Below, piece after piece: positions 48,556 through 61,649 of a stretch of DNA of 64,000 nt. The notes under the pieces were generated by a model. That model ran no database searches. It was not told where the DNA came from and worked only from the letters and a program-made list of their open reading frames with translations. The position numbers and the translations under genes are program-made. The stretch's first letter is position 1, and each line of letters starts with the position of its first letter. The stretch spans positions 32,426,001 to 32,490,000 of the forward strand of contig CM069132.1 in NCBI GenBank assembly GCA_035221665.1, given 5' to 3'. This stretch comes from Okamejei kenojei. Taxonomy: Eukaryota.

Positions 48556-50097
48556 AAAATCGCTTATCAAATTGGGCAAAGGGATTGTGGTATTTTTCGT
48601 AATCGTTGGACATATTTGTTGGTATTGAGGCTCAGATCAATGTTTACTGTTTTAATAAATAACCATTTGTTACAGGTAGCTATTACAAATTGTATTGGTC
48701 CAGAATGTGGAAAGTGAATTATCCCAGAGAAGCTTGTGGAAAATAACTGTTTACATTGCACTTTCGGTTCATGTACAAGAACACAAACAAAAATGAGTGA
48801 AATTGTGAAATATCTTTATTAGATAAATATGAGGATATTGAGATAAATATTGCTGCAATTGTTTGGTTGATGGACTTGGCTTGTTCGTAGCTCATGACCA
48901 TCCATCAATGATGTAGTGGTTTTGGCTACGGAATTAGGCAAGCCAACTACAAACTGGCATCTGCCCAGGCTACTTAAATAACAATTATACTCAATTCTGC
49001 TTATTATATTGCTTTTATGCAGCTTAATGACACAATTTAGTGTTAAAAATTTGCCACAACTAACTAAAGGGCTGAGTAAATGCAATCCCTGGATACATAT
49101 TTCTGGTTGGACGATTTCCTGAAATCTTAATCCCACGATTTGAACGTGACTGAAGTCAAGATCAATGAAGTCCAGCTGATCATGTGTCTTTGACAAACTT
49201 AAATAGATTTTCCTGACAATGGTTGCATCCAGGGGGGCGAGAATGTTCTATCCTGGTATTGCAGCAACAGCTGTTGTACAAAGTGGAACTTGTGCCATTA
49301 TGTTTGGGTTCTATATGCCTATAAATGTTGTGCATGGTTTATATGTTTAATCAGCGCTAATGGACATCTTTCCCTAAAGGCATGCAATAATGGCCAGTGA
49401 TTTCAGAAGTCTGCACACCTGTTGAAGTTATTCCCGCATCTCTTCCAGAGCAGCAGCTTGCCACATTCATCTTATTGAGGTCCTTGCTCAGCCTGAGCAT
49501 CTCTCAGAGGAACAATAGCTGACCACCTGTTCCCCTCTACTGAGAAGATCTTGAAATTCATATGGAGATGGTTGACATCAGTGCACTGAGGTTCAAGAAA
49601 TGACTCGGGCAACAATGGGAGAAGGTATCCAGCGAAATCAACGCCAGTGCTCCAAGAAGTGCTCAGAGTTAGTGAAACATAAATGTACCGCTCAATGTAC
49701 CACGTATCTAAGCCGATCCAATAAAAATATCAATTACTACCCCTGTAACATATGGATGCAAACAAACACACAAACACATATGCACATCTGCTGCTTCTCG
49801 AATCTTGGCAAGAAAGTCACCCAGACATATTGCAACATGCCTTCTGCTATTTTTCCTTCTCTCTAACGGAGATGATGGCACCAACTCCTCCTCCTGCAGG
49901 AACAGACTGCTCGGGCACCCTACCTTCTGCACAAGCATGGTTCATCCTGAGGAGAGGGTGCTGCCAACCCATGAGGTTAGTCACCATAAAGACTATGGCC
50001 AGTGGAGATTGTGGACTGTAAGCTCATTTCAAATCTGCCTTCTTCCTCTTTCCATATGTCCCAACTTTGCTCCTGTTCCTTTCCAATGCTCGACTGT

Positions 50098-52385
50098 TCC
50101 CGACTTGCCTGTGTTGGTTTGACTGATGGCCCACTTGATCTCTTCCAAAGATGAATGGAGGTCAAGTTCATCAAGTGTTGGCTTTTGTGGGATCTGGTCG
50201 AGAGCGACTGGTTCAACAGCAGAGGGTCTATTGAGGAGGTTGGCGAAGTGTTTCTTTCCATCTGTCTGAGATGCTGCTTTTATCCTTGAGCAGGGTTTGG
50301 CCGTCAGCTGCAAGGAGGGGGGAGGAGGTCAGCTTGGGTGGACCATACACAGCCTTGATCAAGCTGAAAAACTGCTTAGAGTTGTTCATGTCTGTGTAAT
50401 GTTGAACTTCGTCAGCTTTATTCGCCCACCAGCTGTCTTGCATCTCTCGTATTAGCTGACCCTGTCATCAGCTCTTTGAACTGATTCCACTTTTCAGTTG
50501 GGTCGCATGTCAATGGTCCATGAGCAGTCAGCTTGTTGTCCAACTGGCACTGATACTTCTCAGTGACGTCTGGTCGTTTGAGCATCTATGCAGGCGTGGA
50601 CGGAATCCCTATTGAACTCTACAAGGCAGCAGGTCCTGAGACACTAGACGCCTTCCACAACATCTTGTCCAGCATCTGGGAGACGGAAAGTATGCCCGAT
50701 GAATTCAGGGATGCCACTGTTGTCTCCTTGTTCAAAAACAAAGGTAGAAAAGCTGACTGTGGCAACTACTGAGGCTTCTCCTTGTTGTCTGTCGCTGGAA
50801 AGATACTGACCCGTGTCATCCTCAACCGCCTAATCAATAAGGTTGTGGAAGCAAGCTTGCCAGAGTCTCAGTGTGGTTTCAGACCTGATCGCAGCATGCT
50901 GTTATGATCTTCACGGTGAGACAGATACAGGAAAAATGCATCGAACAGAAGATGGACCTCTACGCAGTCTTCATCGACTTGACAAAGGCCTTTGACTTCA
51001 ACCAGGAGGCTCTGTGGTTGAGACTTCACAAGCTCGGCTGCCACAGAAAGTTCATCCAGATCATCCGCCTCTTCCATGATTGGAACAGTTCTGGTCCATG
51101 GCGAAACTCTGCACCTTTCGACATCTCCAGTGGAGTGAAGCAAGGTGGCGTTCTGGCCCCTGTACTCTTCAACCTCTTCTTCGGCTGCGTCCCGAGTTAC
51201 GCACTCCAGTACCTCGACCGTGGCGTGTACCTGAAGTACCGTCTGGTCAGATCTCTCTTTGACCTTTGACGACTGAATGCCAAAACCAAGATGCACGACC
51301 GGCTCATTCCGGAAGCCCTTTTGGCGGATGACTGCGCCCTCATGGCTCACGAGGAGTCTGAACTCCAGTTCATTGTGACCAAATTTGCGGAAGCAGCAAA
51401 GGCTTTTGGTCTCACAATCTGCCTCATCCACCAGCTGGCTCCAGACTCTGCTGCACCGCCCCAAGTGTGCATATTGACAGCTCACAGATGAAAGCTGCGG
51501 ACTCCTTCAAATACTTGGGAAGTGTAATGTCATCTGATGGTCACTGGACAAGGAAATCTCAACGAGAATCAGCAAAGCCAGTCAAGCACTTGGACGACTG
51601 TGTACACAAGTGTTGAACCACCACAGTATAACCATCTACCTGCACTCAGACCATACCCTTCCATTCCCTTCCTGTCCATATACCTATCCAATTTACTTTT
51701 AAATGTTAAAATCGATCAACATCAAGCTGTCAACGAAACTCAAAGTCTACAAAGCAGTTGTGCTTTCCATCCTGCTCTACGGCTGTGAAATGAGGACCTT
51801 GTATAGGAATCACATCCGTCAACTTGAGAAGTTCCATATGCGCTCGCTACGGTCCATCATGGGCATTCGCTGGCAGGACAAAGTGCCCAACCTAGAAGTA
51901 TTGGACAGATCCAGCTTCACAAGCATTGAGGCAATGATCATAAAAGCACAGATCAGAAGGACTGGGCATGTCATCAGGATGGATGAAACCCGCATGCCTC
52001 ACAGGTCTTCTACAGCGTGCTCTCCCAGGGACAAAGGAACTGGGGGCATCCCAGGAAGCGGCAAAAAAACATTGCGTCAAGGACCATCTCCACTACTGCG
52101 GTCTTGTGCCCAAGCAACTGGAAGCCTGCGCCAGTGACAGAACACGCTGGCGTGCAGCAGTGCGAACAGCAGCCAGCAGCTTCGAGGAGCACCGCAGAGA
52201 ACGACTTACCAAAGCCAGGGAGAGGAGGAAGGCTGCCGCCCAGAACCCGCCAGCAATGAGCTTCATCTGCCCCCACTGCCCTCGAGTGTGCAGTTCACGA
52301 ATTAGACTCGTGAGCCATGTCAGAACACACCAGAATGGAGACTTGACAACCCCTGCCATCATCGTTACCGACGGGCCACCACCAG
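50098..52385 (+). mobile_element. RTE-clade LINE, 5'-truncated with inverted 5' segment (50098-~50585 on minus)
   Basis: GVDGIPIELYK, QCGFRP, FIDLTKAFD, GVKQG, LADD, C-terminal CPHC...H...H finger, (CCA)n tail; CR1 scrap inserted ~51630-51715. Confidence 0.9.
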
Positions 52386-55300
52386 GTGCTTGTTCATAAA
52401 CTATGAGAAAGAAAAGAAGGCAACCTAACACCCCATCTAACCGACTCAGCTCAAATACTGACACACCATGGAAGAAGAGATAATGCTCCATCTGCTGGAA
52501 TGGATGGTAGCCAGGCCGAGGAGGGGCTTGTTCACATGCCAGCTCCTCAGAGGGTGAGGTCGCACTCAAATCTGCCCGCAAGGGATTCAGTTGAAAGCTG
52601 CAGTGGCACAGCCTACACATAAGAGGTGAGGTGTAAGGAGATGCTTGAGGATTTGCCAAGCCTAAAATGAAAAGCATGAAGGGTGGCCAGACCCAACCGT
52701 GCGCGGAATCTGCTGCTCATCCCCGGCAGTGGGCGCAGTGGTTAACTCCATGTCAGCTGTCACATGCCCAACCATTGCACGTTATGATGTCCTTGATATT
52801 CATTTGGCTACATGGCAGCAGAAATTTGAATTGCTGATTTCCTGGGCATTTTAGGAAGACAGGGGATTAATGGTTGCCTTTTCAGTCCTTTACAGAAACT
52901 TCAGAAGTTCCCCATGTCAAAACAAATACTATTTTTGCTTTCAATTGTCAGAACATTGGGTACTTGCTGAGTGATGACACCCTTTAATTTTACAAGCAAA
53001 TATCCAGCAAGGGAATAATCAGAGAGGTTTGTATCTCCAAAGCATAGAAAGCAATTTTAAATCATTCTCTTTCTTCATCTATAATGGTAATGTGTCACAG
53101 CTAGCAAACAAATTGAGCCAACCTTTCTCAAATCTGCATTTTAGTGTTTTAAGAGTGAATTACTTCCACCTTTTTGAGAGTAATACAAATAAACTATAAA
53201 TATTGGCTTTGCCAGCAACATCACAACTTGATAGAGAATGAAAGTAAAATCTGAAACATTTTATTTGGTAGATAGAACTGTACACACGGGAGCAGGCCGT
53301 TCGCTCATCATGTGTGTGCTGACCATACCAATCAACCTATTTTCTACCTGCCTACACGTGTCCATATCTATGTGTTCTTCTGGATCAACTAGAATGGCAT
53401 TGGAATTTATTTCAGATAAATGTGAGGCGTTGTATGTTGGTAGGGACAAACCAGGTGAGGATATGCATTATATTGGAATCAGTAGGAAATTCTGATTGGT
53501 ATAGGGAGGTATAGAATTCCTGAAAGGATTCATTAATTTCATCATGGTCTACAGTCAATCTACCATCCCGTTTACTCACTTTAGTAATTTTACATTTGTC
53601 CGACACCGCTTTCGACTGATTAGCGAGTAATTTACCAGATTTTTTGCCATGTATATAAAATTTACATTTGGTTTTAAGTAGCTGATTCTCAATCGGTGAT
53701 ACTAATAACAAATCATGTCTCAAATGAAGTTCAACTCTATTCTTATAGAGCTCTAAACTAGGAGCTTTTGAATATTTTTAATCAATATCTTTAATCTCAT
53801 CAGCCAATATTCGTATTTCATTTTGAGTTTGTTTTTTTTAATCCCGCGCAGTATGAAATAATATGCCTTAAAAGCATCCCAGACTACACCATTGGATATT
53901 TCTTCAATAGAATTTGTTAAGAAGAAAAAAGCAATCTAATCTTTAATAAAATTAACAAAATTTAGATCTTGAAGCAAAGTAGCATTAAATCGCCATTGGT
54001 TAGCACTAAAGTTGGAATCAGGTAGTTTGATTGAAAATTTCAGTGGTGCATGATCAGAAATAGCAATTGCATCATACTCACATGCAGTGACCAATGAAAC
54101 TAGCCAAGAATCTATTATAATGTAGTCAATCCTAGAGTAACTATGATATACATGTGAGAAAAAAGAAAATTCTTTGTCATTTGGGTGTAAGAATCTCCAG
54201 ACTTCTAAAATTCCAGAGTCAAGTAAAAAAGAATTGATAAAATTAGCTGATTCTCCACCCATAATTAAAAATGTTCATTTAAATTAGGAAAGGATGCGAT
54301 TAACTGTTTAAAAAACTCAGGGTGATCAATATTAGAAACATAGAAACATAGGTTATTAGGTGCATAAACATTCACCATAGCAACTTTTTGGTTATGAAGA
54401 ACACCAGTAATCACCAAAAATCTACCATATGGATCAGAAATTGTTTCATAATGAACAAACGGAATTGAGGAGTCAATAAAAATAGAGACTCCTTTCACCT
54501 TAGCCTCTGAATTTGAATGAAACTGCTGTCCTCTCCAAAACTTGAAAAATCGTTGATTGTCGTCTTGCCTTACATGAGTTTCCTGAACAAAGATAATCTG
54601 AGCAATTAGTCTACAAAGAACTTTAAAAAATGTTTTCCTCTTAATGGGTGGTTCAAACCATTCACATTCCTTGAAAGGAAGTTAATAACTTTATCCATAT
54701 TGTTTGTAAAAATCATGTGGAATGTAAAGGGTTAATTTCTTAAAGCATAATAGTTCATGATACTGGAAGGAGAAAAATCTAGGGCGGAGCCAGAAGTGAC
54801 GACATTTCAGACATTTTTGTAGTTCAGATTCTGCACAGATAGAAAAAACTAAGCTGGGAGCGAAAGAATGCAACCCCCCCCCACCCATGCAAAGCCCAAA
54901 ACTGACCAGTAGACAGTCAATGCATTACCTAATCCTTTCCCTACCCCCATCTCTCCTAACGACAGCACCCAACGTAAAAAGAAGGCATATTTACCACTCG
55001 TTAGCCAAAACAAAATTAATGTTATGGTTAAAAAGTACATGTTAACTGTGGAACACAAGAGCTACTTCATATTATTTATCCAAGGTCAAAATATGAAAAA
55101 CAAGAACTGCATTTATTTTGTTTGTCTAAAGACAGGGAAAAAATTCCTTCAATTTAAAAAATAGAAAAGCTAACAAAACAAATCTTAAAAATCAATATAT
55201 AATACCATTACATTAAATTAACAGTATATTAGAGAAGATAAAAGTTGTTGTTTGATACCATCATACTAAAATTCTAAAAAGCAAATTAAAAAAACCAACT

Positions 55301-55510
55301 CATCCAATTAAATTCTTAATCGTTACAAAACGATATATTGTCAAAATAGGAACAGTAAATCTCCAATTATAACTTAATCAGCTATCAGTAGCTCCCGGTC
55401 TCGGATTCATCCTCATAAGCCTCCAGAAAGCTGGAAGCGTCTTGAGGATTGTTAAAAAATCGAATGTTACCATTAAAGAGTCGTATACGCAGTCTAGCTG
55501 GATAAAGTAA

Positions 55511-57472
55511 AACCCCTGTCTCACTGTGCGAGTTGGCCCACGAGTGACCCCGAGTTTTCACTCGTGGTGATCACGTAGCGGGAACGTCGGAACTCGCGCG
55601 TTCAACTTGTCCACTCGTGGCGCTAACGGCAGGTACTCGGGAAACTTGTTAACTCGTGAAAAAAATCAAACATGTTTGATTTTTTCCACGAGTCAAATTA
55701 ACTGTTCAAGTTAAAAATGGAAACATTTAAACTCGTTGCAGTAACGTAATGGCCCGTGCGTTTACCATAGTGTCTCGTGAGTCTATCGTGGGAACTTTTT
55801 TATAATCTGAAAGGGACTGAACCAAAGTAGTATAATATGTATATACATATTATATATATTATATATATTTCAATTCCAACCCCGAAGCAATTGAGAGGCG
55901 ATTTCTTGGGACCATGTAATTTAACGTGTGTCTTTGCTTTTAAAAGTGAAGCTGTTTAATTGTTTACGCTGCGCTGTGTTTCGTGTTGGGGAGAGTGCTG
56001 CTGTACAATGCTTTCGATTTTATACTGCCCTCCCCCTTCCACAGAAAAATGCCTAAATTTTTCTTTGTCCCCGCTCTCCTGGGAGCAATCCAAACCAGGG
56101 GAACAATGAACCCTCAGAGGCTTCGCGTTCCTTGCTCCTATATATGGACCTCGCTCGCTCGCAACTGTATGAACGCTCGATCAACCAGACATCGGCCAAC
56201 ACGGAGGCCTGATTACTGAAAACAAAGTCAACTTGTACCAGACCTCATCATCTTCCTTCCGACAACCCGTAACCACGGCACCACACTTTCAACAGAAAAC
56301 TTAATATTTAAAGAATATATTATGGGACATTGGATTGTCTGAAGAAGGGNNNNNNNNNNNNNNNNNNNNNNNNNNNNNNNNNNNNNNNNNNNNNNNNNNN
56401 NNNNNNNNNNNNNNNNNNNNNNNNNNNNNNNNNNNNNNNNNNNNNNNNNNNNNNNNNNNNNNNNNNNNNNNNNNNNNNNNNNNNNNNNNNNNNNNNNNNN
56501 NNNNNNNNNNNNNNNNNNNNNNNNNNNNNNNNNNNNNNNCGGCCGCTCAAAGTCACCTGAGCTGCTTCCTTCCTCTGAAGTGNNNNNNNNNNNNNNNNNN
56601 NNNNNNNNNNNNNNNNNNNNNNNNNNNNNNNNNNNNNNNNNNNNNNNNNNNNNNNNNNNNNNNNNNNNNNNNNNNNNNNNNNNNNNNNNNNNNNNNNNNN
56701 NNNNNNNNNNNNNNNNNNNNCGGCCGCTCAAAGTCACCCGAGCTGCTTCCTTCCTCTGAAGTGNNNNNNNNNNNNNNNNNNNNNNNNNNNNNNNNNNNNN
56801 NNNNNNNNNNNNNNNNNNNNNNNNNNNNNNNNNNNNNNNNNNNNNNNNNNNNNNNNNNNNNNNNNNNNNNNNNNNNNNNNNNNNNNNNNNNNNNNNNNNN
56901 NNNNNNNNNNNNNNNNNNNNNNNNNNNNNNNCGGCCGCTCAAAGTCACCCGAGCTGCTTCCTTCCTCTGAAGTGGCGGCCAGTCCTGCTGTCTGTGTGTA
57001 TCTCTCTGTGTGTGTGTGTGTGTGTGTGTCTGCTGTCGGGTCCCGGCGGCCGCTCAATGTCAGTCACCCGAGCTGCTTCCTTTTTTAAAAATTATTTAAA
57101 ATAGAGATCCATTGCAAAAAAGTATTTAAAAACATAAAACAACAAGAAATGCTTGGTTACTGGAGGATGCGCATTTTCCCATTGTAGGTCATATCAATAG
57201 ATGCCGCCGCGCTGAAATAACTCAAAACCACAGGATGGAGATGTAATTTTAACATTGTTGCTTTATTAAAACATACCTTCATTCACGGTTGGCTCAAGGT
57301 TAACGGGAGAGGGAACTTGGTAACTCGGGAGAGGAACTTGGAACTTCGCAGCAATGACATACCCGTGGGAACTCGGTTACACATTTGATCATAAACTTGA
57401 AGTCTCGTGCACAGCCACGAGTCTGTCACTCGGGGTACCTCGTGGGTCAACTCGCACAGTGAGACAGGGCCA
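55511..57472. mobile_element. Non-autonomous TIR element (PIF/Harbinger-like) inserted in L1 ORF1
   Basis: ~45-bp TIRs ccctgtctcactgtgcgagttg.cccacgag; TAA on both flanks; removal restores the L1 ORF1 frame LHPALLYPARLR. Confidence 0.85.
56350..57082. repeat. Collapsed GC-rich tandem repeat (unit with cggccgctcaaagtcacccgagctgcttccttcctctgaagtg plus TG microsatellite) with three N gaps
   Basis: Same 43-mer at 56540, 56721, 56932, variant at ~57047; one full ~115-bp unit visible at 56932-57046. Confidence 0.8.
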
Positions 57473-58579
57473 TAAGGCTGGGTGTAACTTTTTCTTAAAC
57501 AACTCATTCATTACATTATGGAAAGACTTTCTTAATTCTAAAATTCTAATTCTAAAAGCTCATGGCTGTAATCAGGAACAAACTGAAACTTGCATCCTTC
57601 ATATTCAACCATGCCCAACTTTTTTGCTGCCTAGAGGATATTCTCCTTCATCTGCAAGAAGTGAAACGGAACAATCAAATTATCCTGGGGGCCAGATTTC
57701 TTCCCGATCCTATGTGCGGTATCCAAAATTGGAAGATTTTCATAGTGCTCGATGTTGAAAGTCTCCTTTATCATTTTAGAAGCCTATTTTATAACATTAT
57801 ATGACCTACTTGACCTTCCAGCAAACCAATAATTCGCAAATTCAGTCGACGGTTTCTGTTTTCCAGATCCATATTTTTAATCTTGTATTGCTGGAGTGCC
57901 CGAGTATTTTCATTCATTTTCCATTCCAGTTTTTCAATCTTCAAATCTCTCTCCTGGCCCAGGGTACGCAAGTTATCAATTTGTTCCTTCTGTTCACGAG
58001 ATTCATCTTGTAACATAATCAGCTTGTCTTGAACTTCCTTCAATTTGCTCGAAATTCCTTTCACCATTTCTTCCAAACTGCAAAATCTTGTTTTCATTTC
58101 ATTTTTCAGTTCATCGTTCATTTTCGATATTGCTTCTAGGATACCAGAGACAGAAGCTGTGCCTTTCCCATGCTCCTTCCTTGGAGAAGCTCCTTTCCCT
58201 CTTGTCTCCATCCTTTACATGATTAAAGCGTATAAAAGTGATCAACACTTTATGAAAAGTTAGATCGTGCCTTGAAATCAAGTAATAACAAGTAACATTG
58301 AAAGAGTGGTAAGCAAAAGTTAAAAGTTAAGGGAGCAAACGAATTTGCAACCTTACAGCATACCGCCACTAGGAGAGAGATTTGAGTACAAAAGTCAGGA
58401 CATCATACTCCAACTGACTACTTTTTCACCCAAGGGCTTACCAATTCTTATCCATAACTATGTTCAAATGTGCAAAATTATGGTCACTTGGGGGAGAAGA
58501 GGGAATGGCTGGAACAAAAAGGGTCCTTGATTATGTTGGTTGCTTTCCCAAGGCAGCGTGAAATGTAGATGGAGTCAGT

Positions 58580-59030
58580 GCACCCTAATACATCCCCAGC
58601 TCTGAGGTCACATTTGACTTTGTTGGACACAACGCAATGTTCCCATGCCTGATACCAGCCTCCCCAGCTTGACGCTCTATTCTGAGTTTGTTGGGAGAGG
58701 AGATTATCAGATAGATAGGGAAAATAGATTCAAGCATGTGCTCAAAGGTTCCTTGTAAAGGTGCAACATCCCCCTTAACTCCTGGGAACATCTGGCATGT
58801 GATCATATAAAATGGAGCATCCAACGCTGCAAAAGGTGTCCATCCCCTCACAAACTGCCCATCCACTGCCCCGTCAGGCACCTATTGTCCCACCTGCGGA
58901 AGAGTTTGCAGTTCCCATGTTGGTTGTATTGTACTTTCATGTTATTGTGCCACCGGTGTCATTAGTAACCGCAGTACCCACAGAGTCAGAGTGGAAGCAG
59001 GTTATCTTTGATTCTAAGGGTTCTCCTTGA
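58580..59030 (+). mobile_element. Degraded RTE-type 3' fragment
   Basis: Similar to 15170-15660; remnant CPTCGRVCSSHVG finger. Confidence 0.55.
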
Positions 59031-59766
59031 AGCACGGAAAGAATGCATTTGGCTTTGAATTTCCTTGTAAATTCACAAATAATTTTCAAGAAGTGCAACC
59101 AAAATAGTTAGATGCATGCTTTGGTGATCTAACCGTTAACCTTTTACTATGGAGCACAACAGATCTTCAGAGATTCTAAAATCTCTTGCTTAATTATCAT
59201 TGACACGTGCGCCAAGATATCAGCAGAAATGCTTTGTTTTACGTGCAATCAATGCAAATCACATCACACATGAATGCAGTCAAACCACAGCAAAAGTACA
59301 GCAGGTGCAAAAAGAGAAAGGAAAGATGGTGCAGAATTTAGTGTTGCTGCTGCAGAGAAAGTGCAGATTAATAAAATTGCAAGGGCTGCAACTAGGTAGA
59401 TTGGGAGATCATGAATATATCCTTAGTTTATCGGAGAATCAATAAACAGATGACAGTGGAGAAGTTGTTTTTGAATCTGGTGGCACATGTTGTCAAACTG
59501 TTGTATCTTCCGCCTGATGATAGAGGGGAGAAGTGGGAATGACTGAGGTGTAAGTGGCCCTTGACTATATTGGCAGGGTTATGTGGGGACAGTATATTTA
59601 AGAATATGTAGAAATGAAAACACTGGGAAGTAAGATTTAAAGATGAAGCAAACAAATGAGAACCAGAAAATGGAGCCCACCATAATTTGATCTCCTGGTG
59701 CCTACAATTAAGGTTGACTTCAATGTAGATTAAATTTAGTAGTGAATTACAATGTGAATCCATTAC

Positions 59767-60072
59767 TAGGGTGGCATAGTAATGCAGCAGTAGAGTTGCT
59801 GCCTTACAGCGCCAGGGACCAGGGTTCGTTCTTGACTATGGGTGCTGTCTGTACAGAGTTTAAACATTCTCCCTGTGACCAGGCGCGTTTTCTCCAAGTG
59901 TTCTGGTTTCCTCCCACACTCCAAAGATCTACAATTTTGTAATTTAAATGGTTTCGTAAAATTGTAAATTGTCCCTAGTGTGTAGGATAGTGCTAGTGTA
60001 CTGGTCAGCGCGGACTCGGTGAGTTGAAGGGCCTGGTTCCACGCTGTATCTCTAAAGTAAAGTAAACTAAAG
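59767..60072 (+). mobile_element. HE1-like SINE, full length
   Basis: A/B-box-like head, conserved body, (CTAAA/GTAAA)n tail. Confidence 0.82.
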
Positions 60073-61649
60073 TACCATGTAAAAGTAATAATTACAGAAA
60101 ATACTGAAAACACAAAACCGATCGGGCAGTATCCATGGCGAGAGTCAATGATCTATCATTGGAATTTGTAAAGTTTGGAAGTTAAACAAGTTTTAAGCTG
60201 TGGAAGAGGGTTGGAGTTGGTTGAAAAGAGGTGAGAGTAGAAGGAAAATTCTGTGCTGTTGGAAATCGAGCAGAGAAGAAATGAAACAAATGGTGGTTGT
60301 GATGGTAGCATAGTGTACAGGTGCTGAGCTTTGCAACCCATGATGAATTATACCAGCTTATTTTCCTCCTCTTGCAATTAAAAGCAAATTTATTAGGGAT
60401 AGTTATTTTGAATCTCTAATCATGCTGAAATAAGCTCCAGATTAATACATCATGCCTGGAATGTAGTTTGGCTCAATTTTCACTATAACAGCTGTATTTG
60501 CATTTGATAACTTGGATGTTATTTGATAACCTAGAATTTTTTACTTACCAGTTACCTTTAGCCGAATACATTTTAAACAAACAGAAGATGTTACTGCAGA
60601 TTGTGTTATGAATTGCTTTTTTTTTATTATTTGTTCGAACAGAGAACTGTTCTGCTTTCAAAACAATGACTGGATTGAAAAGCGGACGCAACATCAAAAT
60701 TTGCCAAAAACATCAGCCATCATATTTCATGCAATGTTGAAGATTCCTCCTCAATTTAACTAGAGTATTCCTTGTCCTTCTGGCCTCATGTGGCCCGTGG
60801 TCTAAAGAAGGATCCCGACCTGAAACATTGCCTGTCTATTCCCTCTACAGATGCTGTCTGATCTGCTCAGTTTCTCTATGCTTTGTGTTTTGCTCAAGAT
60901 CCCAGCATCTGCAGTTGCTTATGTCTCCGTTGAATTTGTCACCATGCTGGCTTTGCTTGGAAGCATGATGCTGCAGGTCCAATTATACATTCATTTCTGA
61001 CTAAAGTGCGGAATCAATGGAAATGGAGCAAGAAATAACATTGCTTTATTTTAATTTCTCCATGTTCCTTTCATTCAGTGGGAAATGTAACTTATTTGCT
61101 GCAGACCTGGTTATACCATCGCATGATAATCTGTTGAGTAATAATTGATCCACTACCTCGTTTTGTCAGAGGATATGTTTCATAATAACTTAAACAGATG
61201 AACAAGTTTTAAAATCAAGTATAATCTTAGTCTGACTAAATTTAATTAGCTTTGGGAATGATCCATAAAGCCTCACTTTCATATCATTCTAATCTGTTAA
61301 TAAATTGAACAATTTGCTTTTGGGAATTTCTCCCCTTCTCTTCCGTGAATGCTTTAAGAATGAATGTATTTAATATTAGCCTTTCAATTAATAATACATA
61401 CAGATTTTATAATGACTCTTTTGGTGTCGAATGAGATCAGGAGGAGCCTTAATTAAATCTCCTCACAATGGCAAGCAGACGGAATACAAGGTTTCACTTT
61501 AAAGAGGTGGAAACAGTCAGAGTGATAGCCAACATCGAGAAAGGCCTTTCAGCCCATCTCAATTCATCAGTCCAGAACATTACTTTCCTCCACCATAAGA
61601 ATATCAACTATTTTTTCCCAATTTATTTTGTGGATTTAGATACCACCAT

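Larger units (their letters stand above)
53462..58371 (-). mobile_element. L1/Tx1-type LINE with intact 5' end: ORF1 (58211 to ~55385), spacer, ORF2 endonuclease from 54698; RT and 3' end missing
   Basis: Coiled coil + DLENRNRRLNLRIIGL, LYPARLRI; MDKVINFL..NVNGLN, QETH, NVYAPN, SRIDY, SDHAP. Confidence 0.9.

Noticed and set aside
56540-56975. Constant 43-bp repeats separated by spacer-like gaps, resembling a CRISPR array
   Set aside because: Vertebrate context, no cas genes, the spacers are N gaps and the one resolved spacer is a TG microsatellite; best explained as a collapsed tandem repeat
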